Shown here in pieces: positions 41,851-51,629 of a DNA stretch of 64,000 nt. The notes beneath the pieces are model-generated. The model did no database searches and was not told the origin of the DNA. It saw only the letters and a list, made by a program, of their open reading frames with translations. Made by a program: the position numbers and the translations under genes. This stretch comes from an uncultured Actinomycetota bacterium (GTDB lineage Bacteria > Actinomycetota > Actinomycetes > JAHEKZ01). How positions within the stretch are numbered: the stretch's first letter is position 1; each line of letters starts with the position of its first letter. The stretch is from contig CAVQYR010000001.1 of assembly GCA_963718235.1 (NCBI GenBank), positions 736,001 through 800,000 on the forward strand. Reading direction: 5' to 3'.

Positions 41851-43080
41851 ATGGCTGGAACCTCGACCGCGCGCACGCGACGACTGCTCGACGTCGTCCG
41901 CCCGCCTCGCGACGACGCACCCGACACGACCGCGATCGTGATGCACGCCGGTGGAGCCGGCCTGCTCGCCGCGATCGTCGGTGTCGCGCTCGCGCTGCTG
42001 CTCACCGTGTCGGCCTGGGCGCTGGCACCCCACGCCGACGGAGCGTCAGCCATAGCGCCGCTGCGGGTCGCGGCCGCCCTCTGGCTGGTGGCTCACCACG
42101 TCGCGCTGGACCTACCACAGGGGACGGTGGGGATGAGCCCGCTCGGACTCCTGGCGGTCCCGCTCGGTCTCACCTACCTGGCCGGGCGACAGTCCGCCCG
42201 CACGCTGCTGCCCCGCACCCTGGGTGACGTCGGTCGGGTCGTCGTGGTGCTCGCCCTCGGCTACGGGCTCGCCTGCGCGGTCGTGGCCGGGGTCACTCGG
42301 TCCGACGACCTGCGTCCGCACACCTGGCAGGCCTTCGTCGGGGGCGCCCTTCTGGCGGCGATCGGTGGGGGGTGGGGGCTTCTGCAGGGCGCCGACCTGG
42401 CCGGTCCGTCCTGGCGTCGGCTGCCCCTGCGGGCCAGGTCGACCCTCACCGCAGCCGCAGCGGCAATGCTGACGTTGCTCGGACTGGCGGCGGTGGTGGT
42501 CGCCGTCCAGCTCGCCATCGGGTTCCCCGACGGGGTGGAGATCGCGCGCACGCTGCGTGCCGACGCCGTCGGCGGTGCGCTGCTCGCGGTGCTGGGAGTG
42601 GCCTTCGTGCCCAACCTCGTTGTGTGGTCGGCGGCCTTCCTGGCCGGGCCCGGTTTCGCGGTGGGCACGCAGACCCAGGTCTCGGTGCAAGGGGTCGACT
42701 ACGGGGCGCTCCCACTCTTCCCCCCGCTGGCCGCCCTGCCCGGCGAGGGCCACCCGGGACCGGCCGCGCTCCTGGTGCTCGTCGCACCACTGGCTGCCGG
42801 GGTGGTCGCCGGTCTGGTCGTTCACCGCCGGTCCGCCCCGGAGCGCCCGGAGTCGGCCGCGGGCATGGCGGCTGCGGCTGGTGTCGTCGTCGGCCTCGCG
42901 TTCGGCGTGCTCGCCTGGCTGTCCGGTGGGCCGGTCGGTGCAGGTCGCCTCGTCACGGTCGGGCCGTCGTGGACGGCGGGCCTGGTCGTCGCCGTGGAGA
43001 TCGCCCTCACTGCGGCGGTCGTGGCCTGGGAGCTGCACCGGCGCCAGGCGCCGACGGGGCGCTCGATCGACCTTCGCTGA
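41851..43080 (+). CDS. DUF6350/PerM-like polytopic membrane protein
   Basis: WLVAHH, PLGL, PNLVVW, GPGFAVG, LPLFP, GGPVGAGRL..VGP; usual position after sucD; start uncertain. Confidence 0.8.
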   Translation: MAGTSTARTRRLLDVVRPPRDDAPDTTAIVMHAGGAGLLAAIVGVALALLLTVSAWALAPHADGASAIAPLRVAAALWLVAHHVALDLPQGTVGMSPLGLLAVPLGLTYLAGRQSARTLLPRTLGDVGRVVVVLALGYGLACAVVAGVTRSDDLRPHTWQAFVGGALLAAIGGGWGLLQGADLAGPSWRRLPLRARSTLTAAAAAMLTLLGLAAVVVAVQLAIGFPDGVEIARTLRADAVGGALLAVLGVAFVPNLVVWSAAFLAGPGFAVGTQTQVSVQGVDYGALPLFPPLAALPGEGHPGPAALLVLVAPLAAGVVAGLVVHRRSAPERPESAAGMAAAAGVVVGLAFGVLAWLSGGPVGAGRLVTVGPSWTAGLVVAVEIALTAAVVAWELHRRQAPTGRSIDLR

Positions 43081-43097
43081 TCCACATCGTGGATCAG
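43077..43097. terminator. Inverted repeat at left edge of accessory block (terminator or operator)
   Basis: CTGATCCAC-ATC-GTGGATCAG. Confidence 0.4.
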
Positions 43098-43137
43098 GGG
43101 GTCGCGCAATGGGGAATCGGCTGTCACCCTCACCGGC

Positions 43138-44124
43138 ATGCGTGTACTGCTGGCTGATTCGTTGGACCCCGGTGCCGTCGAGGCACTGGAGCGGCGTGGA
43201 CACACCGTGGTGGTCCGGGCAGACCTGACGGCCGACTCCCTCCCCGAGGCCATCGCGGGGTTCGAGGTCCTCGTCGTGCGCAGCACCAAGGTGACCGCAG
43301 CGACCCTCCGGGCCGGCGACCGTCTCGCGCTGGTGGTCCGGGCCGGTTCCGGCACCAACACCATCGACTGTGCCGCGGCCACGGCCGTCGGTGTAGTCGT
43401 GGCCAACGTCCCGGGCGCGAACGCGGTGGCCGTGGCCGAGCTCACCCTGGGGCTGGTCCTCGCCCTGGACCGCCACATCCCCGACCAGGTCGTCGCCGCC
43501 CGCGCCGGCGTGTGGGACAAGAAGGGCTTCGGGCGGGCCAAGGGGCTGCACGGTGCCCGGCTCGGCATCGTCGGCTTCGGTGCCATTGGTCAGGCGGTGG
43601 CCCACCGGGCCGCGGCCTTCGGCATGTCGTTGTGCGTGCTCGACCGAGCCACCCGGTCGGCCGCCGCCGCAGCGGCGATCGAGCGGTACTCGATCGGGTC
43701 GGCCCCGTCACTGCTCGACCTCGCCCGCACGGTCGACGTCCTCAGCATCCACGTCCCCTCGGGCGCGACGACCAAGGGGCTGGTCAGCGACGAGGTCATC
43801 GCGGCCCTCCCGGACGGCGCGCTGCTGATCAACACGTCCAGGGCCGACGTCGTCGACCACGACGCGCTGCTCGCGGCCCTCGACTCCGGTCGGATCCGGG
43901 CCGGGCTCGACGTCTTCCCCGACGAGCCGGGTACGGCCTCGTCCACCGAGTGGACCTCCAGACTCGCCTCGCACCCAGGAGTCGTCGCCACACACCACAT
44001 CGGGGCGTCGACCGGTCAGGCCCAGCTTGCCGTGGCGCACGGGGTGGTCGACGTGATCGCCTCCCACGAGTCGGGGCGGACCCTGAACGTCGTCAACCCG
44101 GACGCACTCAGCGTCGGTCGATGA
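43138..44124 (+). CDS. D-2-hydroxyacid dehydrogenase, SerA-like without ACT domain
   Basis: VVRSTKV, RAGSG..TID, NAVAVAEL, GFGAIG, INTSR, LDVFPDEP, HIGAST. Confidence 0.88.
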   Translation: MRVLLADSLDPGAVEALERRGHTVVVRADLTADSLPEAIAGFEVLVVRSTKVTAATLRAGDRLALVVRAGSGTNTIDCAAATAVGVVVANVPGANAVAVAELTLGLVLALDRHIPDQVVAARAGVWDKKGFGRAKGLHGARLGIVGFGAIGQAVAHRAAAFGMSLCVLDRATRSAAAAAAIERYSIGSAPSLLDLARTVDVLSIHVPSGATTKGLVSDEVIAALPDGALLINTSRADVVDHDALLAALDSGRIRAGLDVFPDEPGTASSTEWTSRLASHPGVVATHHIGASTGQAQLAVAHGVVDVIASHESGRTLNVVNPDALSVGR

Positions 44125-45305
44125 CGTCGCCGCACTCGCTCGTGCGGCCGTTCTCCGCACGCGTCGTCCGTCAGGAGTGGGCTGACCAGGTCGTGAGTCC
44201 TATGCACGACTCGCTGTCCTCGCAGGCGCGGGCGCAGGCCCTGGTCGACCACCCGATGAACTTCCTCAACGTGACCCGCTCGTCACACGACCTCCCGGGG
44301 ATGTCCACCGCCGAGCTCGGCCGCGCCAACGCCGAGGCGCTGCAGCGCATCCTCGATGCGGGGGCCTACCACGAAGCCGGCTCCCCTCACCTGTACGTGT
44401 ACCGGGTGGAGGGTGCGCAGCAGGAGCACGTGGGCATCGTCGCCGAGGTCGACCTCCACGGTTTCGCCGACGGGCGGGTGCTCGGTCACGAGGCCGTCCA
44501 ACCCGCACGGGTCGACGCCCTGGTGAGCCACTTCGACGCCGTCCCTGCCCGGTCGGAGCTCGTGGCCCTGACCCATCGGGCCAACCCGGTCGTCGCCGAG
44601 GTCATGGCGAACGCCGCGCGGGCCGAGCCGATGCTCTCGGTCACCGACCTCATGGGATGCGAGCAGACGGTGTGGCGGGTCGACGACGCCGACGCGCTGC
44701 GCGTGGCGCAGGCGCTCAGCGCGGTTCGGCTGTACATCGCCGACGGGCACCACCGGGTCGCCGCGAGCGTGCGCCGGTGGGAGGCCCGCGGCCGACCCGA
44801 CGGGCAAGGGGTGCTCTGCGTCCTCTACCCGGAGGAGCAGCTCCACCTGCTCGCCTTCCACCGCCGGGTCACGGGGTCCCTCGACGTCGACGAGCTGTTG
44901 CGCGCCCTGGCCAGTCGGCTGGAGGTCGTGCCGGTAGAGGCGCCGCACCGAGAGGTCGGCGAGTTCGGTCTCTACGTCCAGCAGGGCTGGTACGCGCTGC
45001 GACCCCAAGCGGAGGAGCACCGACCGGGCGTGGCGGGCCTCGACGTGACCACCCTGGACGACGCCGTCCTGCGACCGCTGCTCGGTGAGGACACGTCGCG
45101 CGTGGAGTTCGTGTCCGAGCTGGCCGACCTCGCCGAGGTCACCGGGCGCTGTGACCGCGACGGGGGAGCACTGTTCCTGCTGGCCGCCCCGAGCATGGAC
45201 CAGCTCGTCGAGGTGGCCGAACGACGAGAGGTCATGGCGCCCAAGAGCACCTACTTCGAGCCCAAGCCACGGGCCGGCATCTTCTTGCGGTTCCCGGCCG
45301 GCTGA
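44121..45305 (+). CDS. DUF1015 family protein
   Basis: VRPF, LYVYR, HE, LYIADGHHR, FHR, MAPKSTYFEPKPRAG; ATGA overlap with the upstream gene. Confidence 0.88.
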   Translation: MTSPHSLVRPFSARVVRQEWADQVVSPMHDSLSSQARAQALVDHPMNFLNVTRSSHDLPGMSTAELGRANAEALQRILDAGAYHEAGSPHLYVYRVEGAQQEHVGIVAEVDLHGFADGRVLGHEAVQPARVDALVSHFDAVPARSELVALTHRANPVVAEVMANAARAEPMLSVTDLMGCEQTVWRVDDADALRVAQALSAVRLYIADGHHRVAASVRRWEARGRPDGQGVLCVLYPEEQLHLLAFHRRVTGSLDVDELLRALASRLEVVPVEAPHREVGEFGLYVQQGWYALRPQAEEHRPGVAGLDVTTLDDAVLRPLLGEDTSRVEFVSELADLAEVTGRCDRDGGALFLLAAPSMDQLVEVAERREVMAPKSTYFEPKPRAGIFLRFPAG

Positions 45306-46210
45306 AGGGGACCCTCCAGCGCCAAGGCGACACAGCGTGCGTCGAACTGCTCCCACAGCTGTTCATCGGGGTGATCGGAGTGACTCACCGGGAACTCCAT
45401 CACCTCGTGGGGGCCCCCGAGGTGGTTGGCGATGGCGAAGACGGTTTCGGCCGGAACCACGTCGTCGGACAGACCCAGACCGACAAGGGTCGGGCACGTG
45501 ACACCTGGGGCGATGTTCATGGTGTCGAAGTAGCGCAGCACCAGGGCCAGGTCCTCGGCGCACTGGGGCCGAGCGGCGAGGTACCTGCTCAGCTCGGCCC
45601 CCGACCCCTGCTTGACGAAGAACTGACGACCGTCGGCCCAGCCGAAGGTGGGAACGCCCACAACCAGGACGTCGACCACCTGGAGCATCGCCTCGGCCAT
45701 GAGGGCCAACCCCCCGGCAAAGCTGATCCCGTGGGCTACCAGCCGTGTGGTCTGGCCGCCCAGCAGCTGCCGGCCAACCTGCAGGGCGCGGGCGTAGTCA
45801 CAGACCGCCGCGCGCAGGATCGAGGTCTCCGGGCTCTGGATTCCGGTCAGCACGTATCCAGCGCGCGACACCTCACCGGCGGCGTCCGACGACTCGCCGA
45901 AACCGCGGATGTCGACACCGAGGACGTTGACGCCCCGCTCGGCCCAGTCCCAGCGCACCTCGCACCGGTCCCCGTACCCGTGGCTGTGCACGATCAGCGG
46001 CCGGGGGCCGGGCTGGGCGAGCAGGTACCCGTTGATCCGCGCCGCCCCCAACGAGCTGAAGCTCAGGCGTTGCAGGGTCGCTGCTGACCTGCCCCCACGT
46101 TCGACCGTGGTCGTCCGTGCGGGCACCTCATCGAGCAGCCGGTGGGTCTCCTCCCAGAACTGCACGAGGTCGGGGGGTGTCTGCAGTGCAGGCTTGACGC
46201 TGCGGCGCAC
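45251..46210 (-). CDS. Acetylxylan esterase/cephalosporin-C deacetylase (CE7)-like hydrolase
   Basis: PPDL..FW, F.SLG..I.GYL, HGYG, DIRGFG, GISFAGG, GLSDDVVP..TVFA..N, terminal His. Confidence 0.8.
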   Translation of the reverse strand: MRRSVKPALQTPPDLVQFWEETHRLLDEVPARTTTVERGGRSAATLQRLSFSSLGAARINGYLLAQPGPRPLIVHSHGYGDRCEVRWDWAERGVNVLGVDIRGFGESSDAAGEVSRAGYVLTGIQSPETSILRAAVCDYARALQVGRQLLGGQTTRLVAHGISFAGGLALMAEAMLQVVDVLVVGVPTFGWADGRQFFVKQGSGAELSRYLAARPQCAEDLALVLRYFDTMNIAPGVTCPTLVGLGLSDDVVPAETVFAIANHLGGPHEVMEFPVSHSDHPDEQLWEQFDARCVALALEGPLQPAGNRKKMPARGLGSK

Positions 46211-46263
46211 AACAGCTCCTGGAGGACATTGACCTTCTGAAGAGGATGAAGTAGGCAGCCAGT

Positions 46264-48243
46264 ATGGCAGTCGTGGCCGACCTCGAGAGGTTCGCGTTCT
46301 TCGGCCCCCTGCCGCGCTGGGCCCTCGAGGTACTCGCAGACTCGGCCGAGCAGCGAGTGTTCGCCCCGGGCGACCTCATCGTGCGACAGCACGACAAGGC
46401 GACGTACGCCTACTTCCTTCAGCAAGGCCGGGTGCAGGTCATGCTCAGTCTCCAGGACCGTGACGACCTGGTCATCGAGACGCTGACCGAGGCAGCTCCC
46501 ATGATCGGTTGGTCGGTCTTCCGCCCGCCGTACCGCTACACGTCGTCGATCAGGTGCGAGACCGCGTGCCGGGCCCTCGCTGTTCCGCGGACCGCCTTCG
46601 ACCGGGTGGTGAGCAGCGACGCCACGCTGGAGCCGTTGCTGCTCGGTTGCGCTGCAGCGGTCGTGGCCGAGCGCCTGGAGCGCACGCAGGACGTGCTGTC
46701 CGGCCGCGCCGGAGATGGTCAGCGGCCCGTCGCGCCCTCGTCCCGTCACGCGTGGCAGGCCGTCACGGCCCGGGACCGGGCGGTGCTTGCCGAGTCCCCC
46801 TTCTTCGAGGCGTGCACGGCCTCCGAGCTGTCGCTCCTGGCCGAGCGCGCAGGTGTGGTCACGGTTCCGGCCGGAACCTCGCTGTTCCATCGCGGTGCCG
46901 ACGCCGACCTGCTGCACATGCTGGTCGACGGCCGGGTGCAGCTCCTCCTGGTCGAGGACGACGAGGAGCCGCCCACCACCACACCGAGCAGCCAGACCAT
47001 CGGTGAGGCTGGCCGGGTGGTCGGCTGGTCCGCGCTGGTTGCCCCGTTCCGCTACCGCGCCGGTGCAGTCGCTCTGACAGCGTGCCGCACCGTGGCCTTC
47101 CGACGTTCCGACCTTAATGCCCTTACCGACCAGCTCCCTGCTCTCGGGGCGACCTTGATGCACCAGCTCCTGGCCGTGCTCGGCAACCGGCTGCGTGAGA
47201 CGCGGATGTGGGCCGTGGCCCGACGCTACGACGACGAGCTGGTCGCGATCCGAAGCCTGATCGACCAGAACGCCGAGGCGCTCAGCGTCACGTCCCCGCT
47301 GCACAAGCTTCCGCTGTTCCTGGAGAACCGGATCACCATGCCGGACGCCTTTCAGGCCATGGAGCTGCTCGCGGCGCACGGGGACGAGCTCGAACGCACG
47401 TTGGCCCGATCGTGCCTGGACCTCATGGCCAGCATGCAGCGGGAGGGTGACATCTACCGCCGGCTGCAGGCCATCTACCAACACGTTGCTGCCGCCTCCG
47501 ACGACACCCCTCCGAGCGAGGTGCGCCGTCGGTGCGCCGAGGAGTTCCAGCAGCTCTTCGACAAGCTCCGCTACGAGATTCGAGGCCAGGACCTGCTCCC
47601 GGAGGCCCGAGGACACCTCTTCATCATGAACCACCTGACGAACCACGACGAGAACCTGCTCCCGAACGGCTTCCGGCTCACGATGGACACGCACTTCGTC
47701 TCGAGCATGATCGTGTTCCCCAGGTACGGCGAGGCGCCGATTCGGGTGATCCGCCGACCCTTCAGTGACGAGTACGCCCACCAGATGTACTACGAGCGCC
47801 TCGACTACATCTACGTGTACCGCGCGCACCTCGACCCCGCGGACCTCGCCGAAGGTGAGGACACACTCGCCAGACGTCGGGCCTTCCTCGACGATGCCCA
47901 GTCCCGACTCGGCCGAGGCGAGAACATCGTGATCTGTCCCGAGGGTGACTGCACGTCCACCGAGAGCTCCCCGTTGCCGCTGAGAAGTGGTGCCTTCCGG
48001 CTGGCGCTCTACTCCAAGCCGGAGCCGCTCATCGTCCCGATCACAGTGGCGGACTTCGACAAGCGCCTCGCCCGGACGACCCTTACCGCGGTCGTGCACC
48101 AACCCTTCCGACTCTCCGAACAGCTGCCTGGGTCACCTGGGGATGCTGACCTGTTCGCGTGGATGGACCAGTTCCAGGAGACCTTCGCTCGCTACGTCGC
48201 CGAGACCCGTGATCTGGCAGCACACGTCGTGCCAGCGGTCTAG
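46264..48243 (+). CDS. Tandem cNMP-binding (CAP_ED) domains fused to an HX4D acyltransferase-like domain
   Basis: Two cNMP folds (FF..L, G..I..Q/LF..G, GRVQ, GWS, R..A); C-terminal IMNHLTNHD, VICPEG, GAFRLA, PLIVPI; start 46264 or 46273. Confidence 0.8.
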   Translation: MAVVADLERFAFFGPLPRWALEVLADSAEQRVFAPGDLIVRQHDKATYAYFLQQGRVQVMLSLQDRDDLVIETLTEAAPMIGWSVFRPPYRYTSSIRCETACRALAVPRTAFDRVVSSDATLEPLLLGCAAAVVAERLERTQDVLSGRAGDGQRPVAPSSRHAWQAVTARDRAVLAESPFFEACTASELSLLAERAGVVTVPAGTSLFHRGADADLLHMLVDGRVQLLLVEDDEEPPTTTPSSQTIGEAGRVVGWSALVAPFRYRAGAVALTACRTVAFRRSDLNALTDQLPALGATLMHQLLAVLGNRLRETRMWAVARRYDDELVAIRSLIDQNAEALSVTSPLHKLPLFLENRITMPDAFQAMELLAAHGDELERTLARSCLDLMASMQREGDIYRRLQAIYQHVAAASDDTPPSEVRRRCAEEFQQLFDKLRYEIRGQDLLPEARGHLFIMNHLTNHDENLLPNGFRLTMDTHFVSSMIVFPRYGEAPIRVIRRPFSDEYAHQMYYERLDYIYVYRAHLDPADLAEGEDTLARRRAFLDDAQSRLGRGENIVICPEGDCTSTESSPLPLRSGAFRLALYSKPEPLIVPITVADFDKRLARTTLTAVVHQPFRLSEQLPGSPGDADLFAWMDQFQETFARYVAETRDLAAHVVPAV

Positions 48244-48278
48244 GTCTGGCGGCTCAACCGCTGGGCTAGGGTCGGGCC

Positions 48279-48887
48279 GTGGCTCGATCCCGACTCGTGG
48301 TCCTGGTGTCCGGCTCCGGGACCAACCTCCAGGCGCTCCTCGACGCCGGGCACGACCCGGACTACCCGGCCACCGTGGTCGCAGTCGGTGCGGACCGGCC
48401 CGGGATCCCCGCCCTCGCCCGCGCCGAGGCGGCCGGCGTGCCCACCTTCGTCTCGCCGGTGAGCGATTTCGACAGCCGCGAGGAGTGGGACCGGTCCTTC
48501 ACCGCCGCCGTGGCCGCCCACCGACCTGACCTCGTCGTGTCGGCCGGGTTCATGAAGCTGGCCGGAGCGACGTTCCTCGGTACGTTCGGTGGTCGCTACG
48601 TGAACACCCATCCGGCCCTGCTGCCCTCGTTCCCCGGGATGCACGGGGCGCGCGATGCCGTGAACTACGGCGTGAAGTTCACGGGGTGCACGCTGTTCCT
48701 GGTCGACGCCGGCGTCGACACCGGCCCGATCGTCGCGCAGGCGGTGGTGCCCGTCCGCGACGACGACGACGAAGGCACGCTGCACGAGCGCATCAAGGTC
48801 GAGGAGCGGCGCCTGGTCGTCGACTCGGTTGCCCGGATGGCCCGCGAGGGCTGGACCGTCACTGGAAGGAAGGTCACGATCCCGTGA
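48279..48887 (+). CDS. purN: Phosphoribosylglycinamide formyltransferase
   Basis: [34 protein letters not shown]. Confidence 0.97.
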   Translation: MARSRLVVLVSGSGTNLQALLDAGHDPDYPATVVAVGADRPGIPALARAEAAGVPTFVSPVSDFDSREEWDRSFTAAVAAHRPDLVVSAGFMKLAGATFLGTFGGRYVNTHPALLPSFPGMHGARDAVNYGVKFTGCTLFLVDAGVDTGPIVAQAVVPVRDDDDEGTLHERIKVEERRLVVDSVARMAREGWTVTGRKVTIP

Positions 48888-50446
48888 GCCAACGCCCGAT
48901 CCGCCGCGCCCTGATCAGCGTGTACGACAAGACCGGCCTCGACGACCTGGCCTTAGGTCTCGCGGCGGCCGGGGTCGCGATCGTCTCCACCGGATCGACC
49001 GCGGGGCGGATCGCCGCAGCCGGGGTCGCCGTGCAGAAGGTCGAGGACCTCACCGGCTTTCCCGAGACGCTCGACGGGCGGGTCAAGACGCTGCACCCGA
49101 AGGTGCACGCCGGAATTCTGGCCGACCTGCGCAAGCTCGAGCACGTGGCGCAGCTCGAGGAGCTCGGTATCGAGGCGTTCGACCTGGTGGTCGTGAACCT
49201 CTACCCCTTCAGCCAGACCGTGGCGACCGGCGCCTCACCCGATGAGTGCGTGGAGCAGATCGACATCGGGGGTCCGGCCATGGTGCGCGCCGCCGCGAAG
49301 AACCACCCGACCGTCGCGGTCGTCGTGTCGCCGGGCCACTACGCGGACGTCGTGGCCGCTGCCCAGGGGGGCGGGTTCACCCTGGAGCAGCGGCAGCGAC
49401 TGGCCGTGGAGGCCTTCGCGCACACGGCCTCCTACGACGTGGCCGTTGCCTCGTGGCTCGGCAGCGTCGTGGCGCCTGACCTGGACGGCGAAGGCTTCCC
49501 CAGGTGGCTGGGTGGCACCTGGCACCGCAAGGACGTGCTGCGCTACGGCGAGAACCCCCACCAGCGAGCCGCCCTCTACGCCGACGACCACACCGCCCCG
49601 GGTCTGGCGCAGGCCGAACAGCTGCACGGCAAGGAGATGTCGTACAACAACTACATCGACGCCGACGCCGCCCGCCGGGCCGCCTACGACCACGAGGCGC
49701 CGTGCGTGGCGATCATCAAGCACGCGAACCCGTGCGGGATCGCCCTCGGGTCCGACATCGCCGACGCCTACCGCAAGGCCTTCGACTGTGACCCGGTGTC
49801 GGCGTTCGGTGGGGTGGTCGCCACGAACCGACCGGTCTCGGCCGCCATGGCCACCGCCATGGCCGAGGTGTTCACCGAGGTCGTCGTCGCCCCTGGCTTC
49901 GACGAGGCCGCACTCGAGGTGTTGACGAAGAAGAAGAACGTCCGCGTCCTTCGCTGCTCGGGGCCGCACCCGGGGGCGGCCGTCGAGATGCGGCCGGTCA
50001 GCGGCGGGCTGCTCGTCCAGAGCCTCGACGACGTCGAGGCCGACGGCGACGACCCGCAGCAGTGGACGTTGGCCTGCGGCACGCCGGCCGACGACGCGAC
50101 GATGGCCGACCTGGAGTTCGCCTGGCGGGCCGTGCGCGCGGTGAAGTCGAACGCGATCCTCCTGTCCCAGGACCGCGCCAGCGTGGGCGTCGGCATGGGC
50201 CAGGTGAACCGGGTCGACTCGGCCAAGCTCGCCGTGGCGCGCGCCGGCGAGGTGCGCGCCCGTGGTTCGGTCGCGGCGTCCGACGCGTTCTTCCCGTTCC
50301 CCGACGGCCTCGAGGTGCTGCTCGAGGCCGGGGTCAGGGCGGTCGTCCAGCCCGGTGGGTCCATGCGCGACGCCGAGGTGGTCGCCGCAGCCGAGGCGGC
50401 CGGAGTGACGATGTACCTCACCGGTACCCGCCACTTCTTCCACTAG
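48884..50446 (+). CDS. purH: AICAR transformylase/IMP cyclohydrolase
   Basis: [52 protein letters not shown]. Confidence 0.98.
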   Translation: MSQRPIRRALISVYDKTGLDDLALGLAAAGVAIVSTGSTAGRIAAAGVAVQKVEDLTGFPETLDGRVKTLHPKVHAGILADLRKLEHVAQLEELGIEAFDLVVVNLYPFSQTVATGASPDECVEQIDIGGPAMVRAAAKNHPTVAVVVSPGHYADVVAAAQGGGFTLEQRQRLAVEAFAHTASYDVAVASWLGSVVAPDLDGEGFPRWLGGTWHRKDVLRYGENPHQRAALYADDHTAPGLAQAEQLHGKEMSYNNYIDADAARRAAYDHEAPCVAIIKHANPCGIALGSDIADAYRKAFDCDPVSAFGGVVATNRPVSAAMATAMAEVFTEVVVAPGFDEAALEVLTKKKNVRVLRCSGPHPGAAVEMRPVSGGLLVQSLDDVEADGDDPQQWTLACGTPADDATMADLEFAWRAVRAVKSNAILLSQDRASVGVGMGQVNRVDSAKLAVARAGEVRARGSVAASDAFFPFPDGLEVLLEAGVRAVVQPGGSMRDAEVVAAAEAAGVTMYLTGTRHFFH

Positions 50447-51540
50447 TGCCCGTCGCGCGCCCGTAGGTAGACCTGGGTGAACTGGTAGACGTACTCATCC
50501 TTCTCCGGGTAGACGCCGTGGCTGAATGCCTGCGACTGCACGCCGCGCTGCACCCGCTCGCACACCGTGTTGTCCTGACCGCCGACCAGCTCGCCGAACT
50601 CGACCATCGGGCTCGGGTCGAAGTCGGGCGCTGCGATCGCGTCGGGGTGGAACAGGTACAGGGCGACCTGGTGCGTACGGGTCGGTCCCAGGGGGATCAG
50701 CTGGGTCACCACGACGCCGGTGCCCGAAATGTCGATCATCAGGTTCGGGAAGACCGTGCCGCCGTAGACCGACTGCGCCTCGACCTCGTTCATGGTCGGG
50801 AGGACCGGGATGGTCGACTGCCCGTCGGCTGAGTAGCTCGAGCCACCGGACAGCCAGACGCCGCCGTCGTCACGCCCCTCCTCGAAGACCCAGCCCTTGC
50901 GATAGGCCGGGATCACCTCGACGAGCTCAGGGTGCACGGTCGGGCAGTGCAGGCACTCGTTGTAGTTCTCGATCAGGATCTTCCAGTTCGCCTCGACGAT
51001 CCACTCGGTCGTCGCACCGATGCGCAGGGTGTCCATCTCGAACCGCTCGAAGCTGAGCATCTCGTCGTAGCTCTCACCGATCACCTCGCGCAACGGCCGT
51101 GGTGTCTGCTTGTCCAGGTTGACGAAGACGAATCCCTGCCACACGTCGACGTGGACCGGCCACAGCGACAGCTGGGAGCGGTCCAGCTCGTCCTCGGCGA
51201 CCTTCGGGGTGACGACCAGGTCGCCCTTCATGTCGTAGCACCAGGCGTGGTACGGACACATGATGGTGCCCTTGTCGTGTCCGGCCCGCTCGTCGCGCAA
51301 CCGGGAACCGCGGTGGCGACAGACGTTGTAGAAGGCGTGGAGCCGACCGTCGTCACCGCACACGACGATGACGCTCTCGCCGACGACGTCGATGGTGAAC
51401 CACTGCCCCGGCTCGGCCGCCTGCTCGACCCGCCCGGCGCAGAACCACGAGCGCAGGAAGATGCTCTGCCGCTCCTGCTCGTAGACCTCGGGGGCGTGGT
51501 AGTCGCGCCCCGGGAGCGTGTGGCGGTCCATCCGGGTCAT
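50443..51540 (-). CDS. Rieske non-heme iron oxygenase alpha subunit (GbcA/choline monooxygenase-like)
   Basis: CRHRG...CPYHAW Rieske motif; [20 protein letters not shown]; QD..VCE.VQ.G. Confidence 0.9.
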   Translation of the reverse strand: MTRMDRHTLPGRDYHAPEVYEQERQSIFLRSWFCAGRVEQAAEPGQWFTIDVVGESVIVVCGDDGRLHAFYNVCRHRGSRLRDERAGHDKGTIMCPYHAWCYDMKGDLVVTPKVAEDELDRSQLSLWPVHVDVWQGFVFVNLDKQTPRPLREVIGESYDEMLSFERFEMDTLRIGATTEWIVEANWKILIENYNECLHCPTVHPELVEVIPAYRKGWVFEEGRDDGGVWLSGGSSYSADGQSTIPVLPTMNEVEAQSVYGGTVFPNLMIDISGTGVVVTQLIPLGPTRTHQVALYLFHPDAIAAPDFDPSPMVEFGELVGGQDNTVCERVQRGVQSQAFSHGVYPEKDEYVYQFTQVYLRARDGH

Positions 51541-51562
51541 GTGTGCCTCCGTCTGTCTACCG

Positions 51563-51580
51563 ACTGACTGATCAGTCAGT
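51563..51580. promoter_or_regulatory. Perfect 18-bp palindrome, TetR-type operator candidate
   Basis: ACTGACTGATCAGTCAGT, 5 nt downstream of a minus-strand TAGCGT -10. Confidence 0.7.
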
Positions 51581-51629
51581 GAAGGACGCTACCACCGAAC
51601 GGCCGGGTCGACCCGGCACACTGGGCCCG

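Noticed and set aside
46063-48102. 679-aa antisense ORF, and similar long ones (13737-15644, 23778-25607, 37047-39050, 54568-56394, 60241-62151)
   Set aside because: Shadow ORFs opposite genes with clear motifs; stop codons are rare in GC-rich DNA and the translations have no recognisable domains.
48244-48890. ZTP (pfl) riboswitch before purN/purH; purine riboswitch before guaA/guaB
   Set aside because: purN looks leaderless with a 35-bp gap, purH overlaps purN, and no matching aptamer motifs were recognised.
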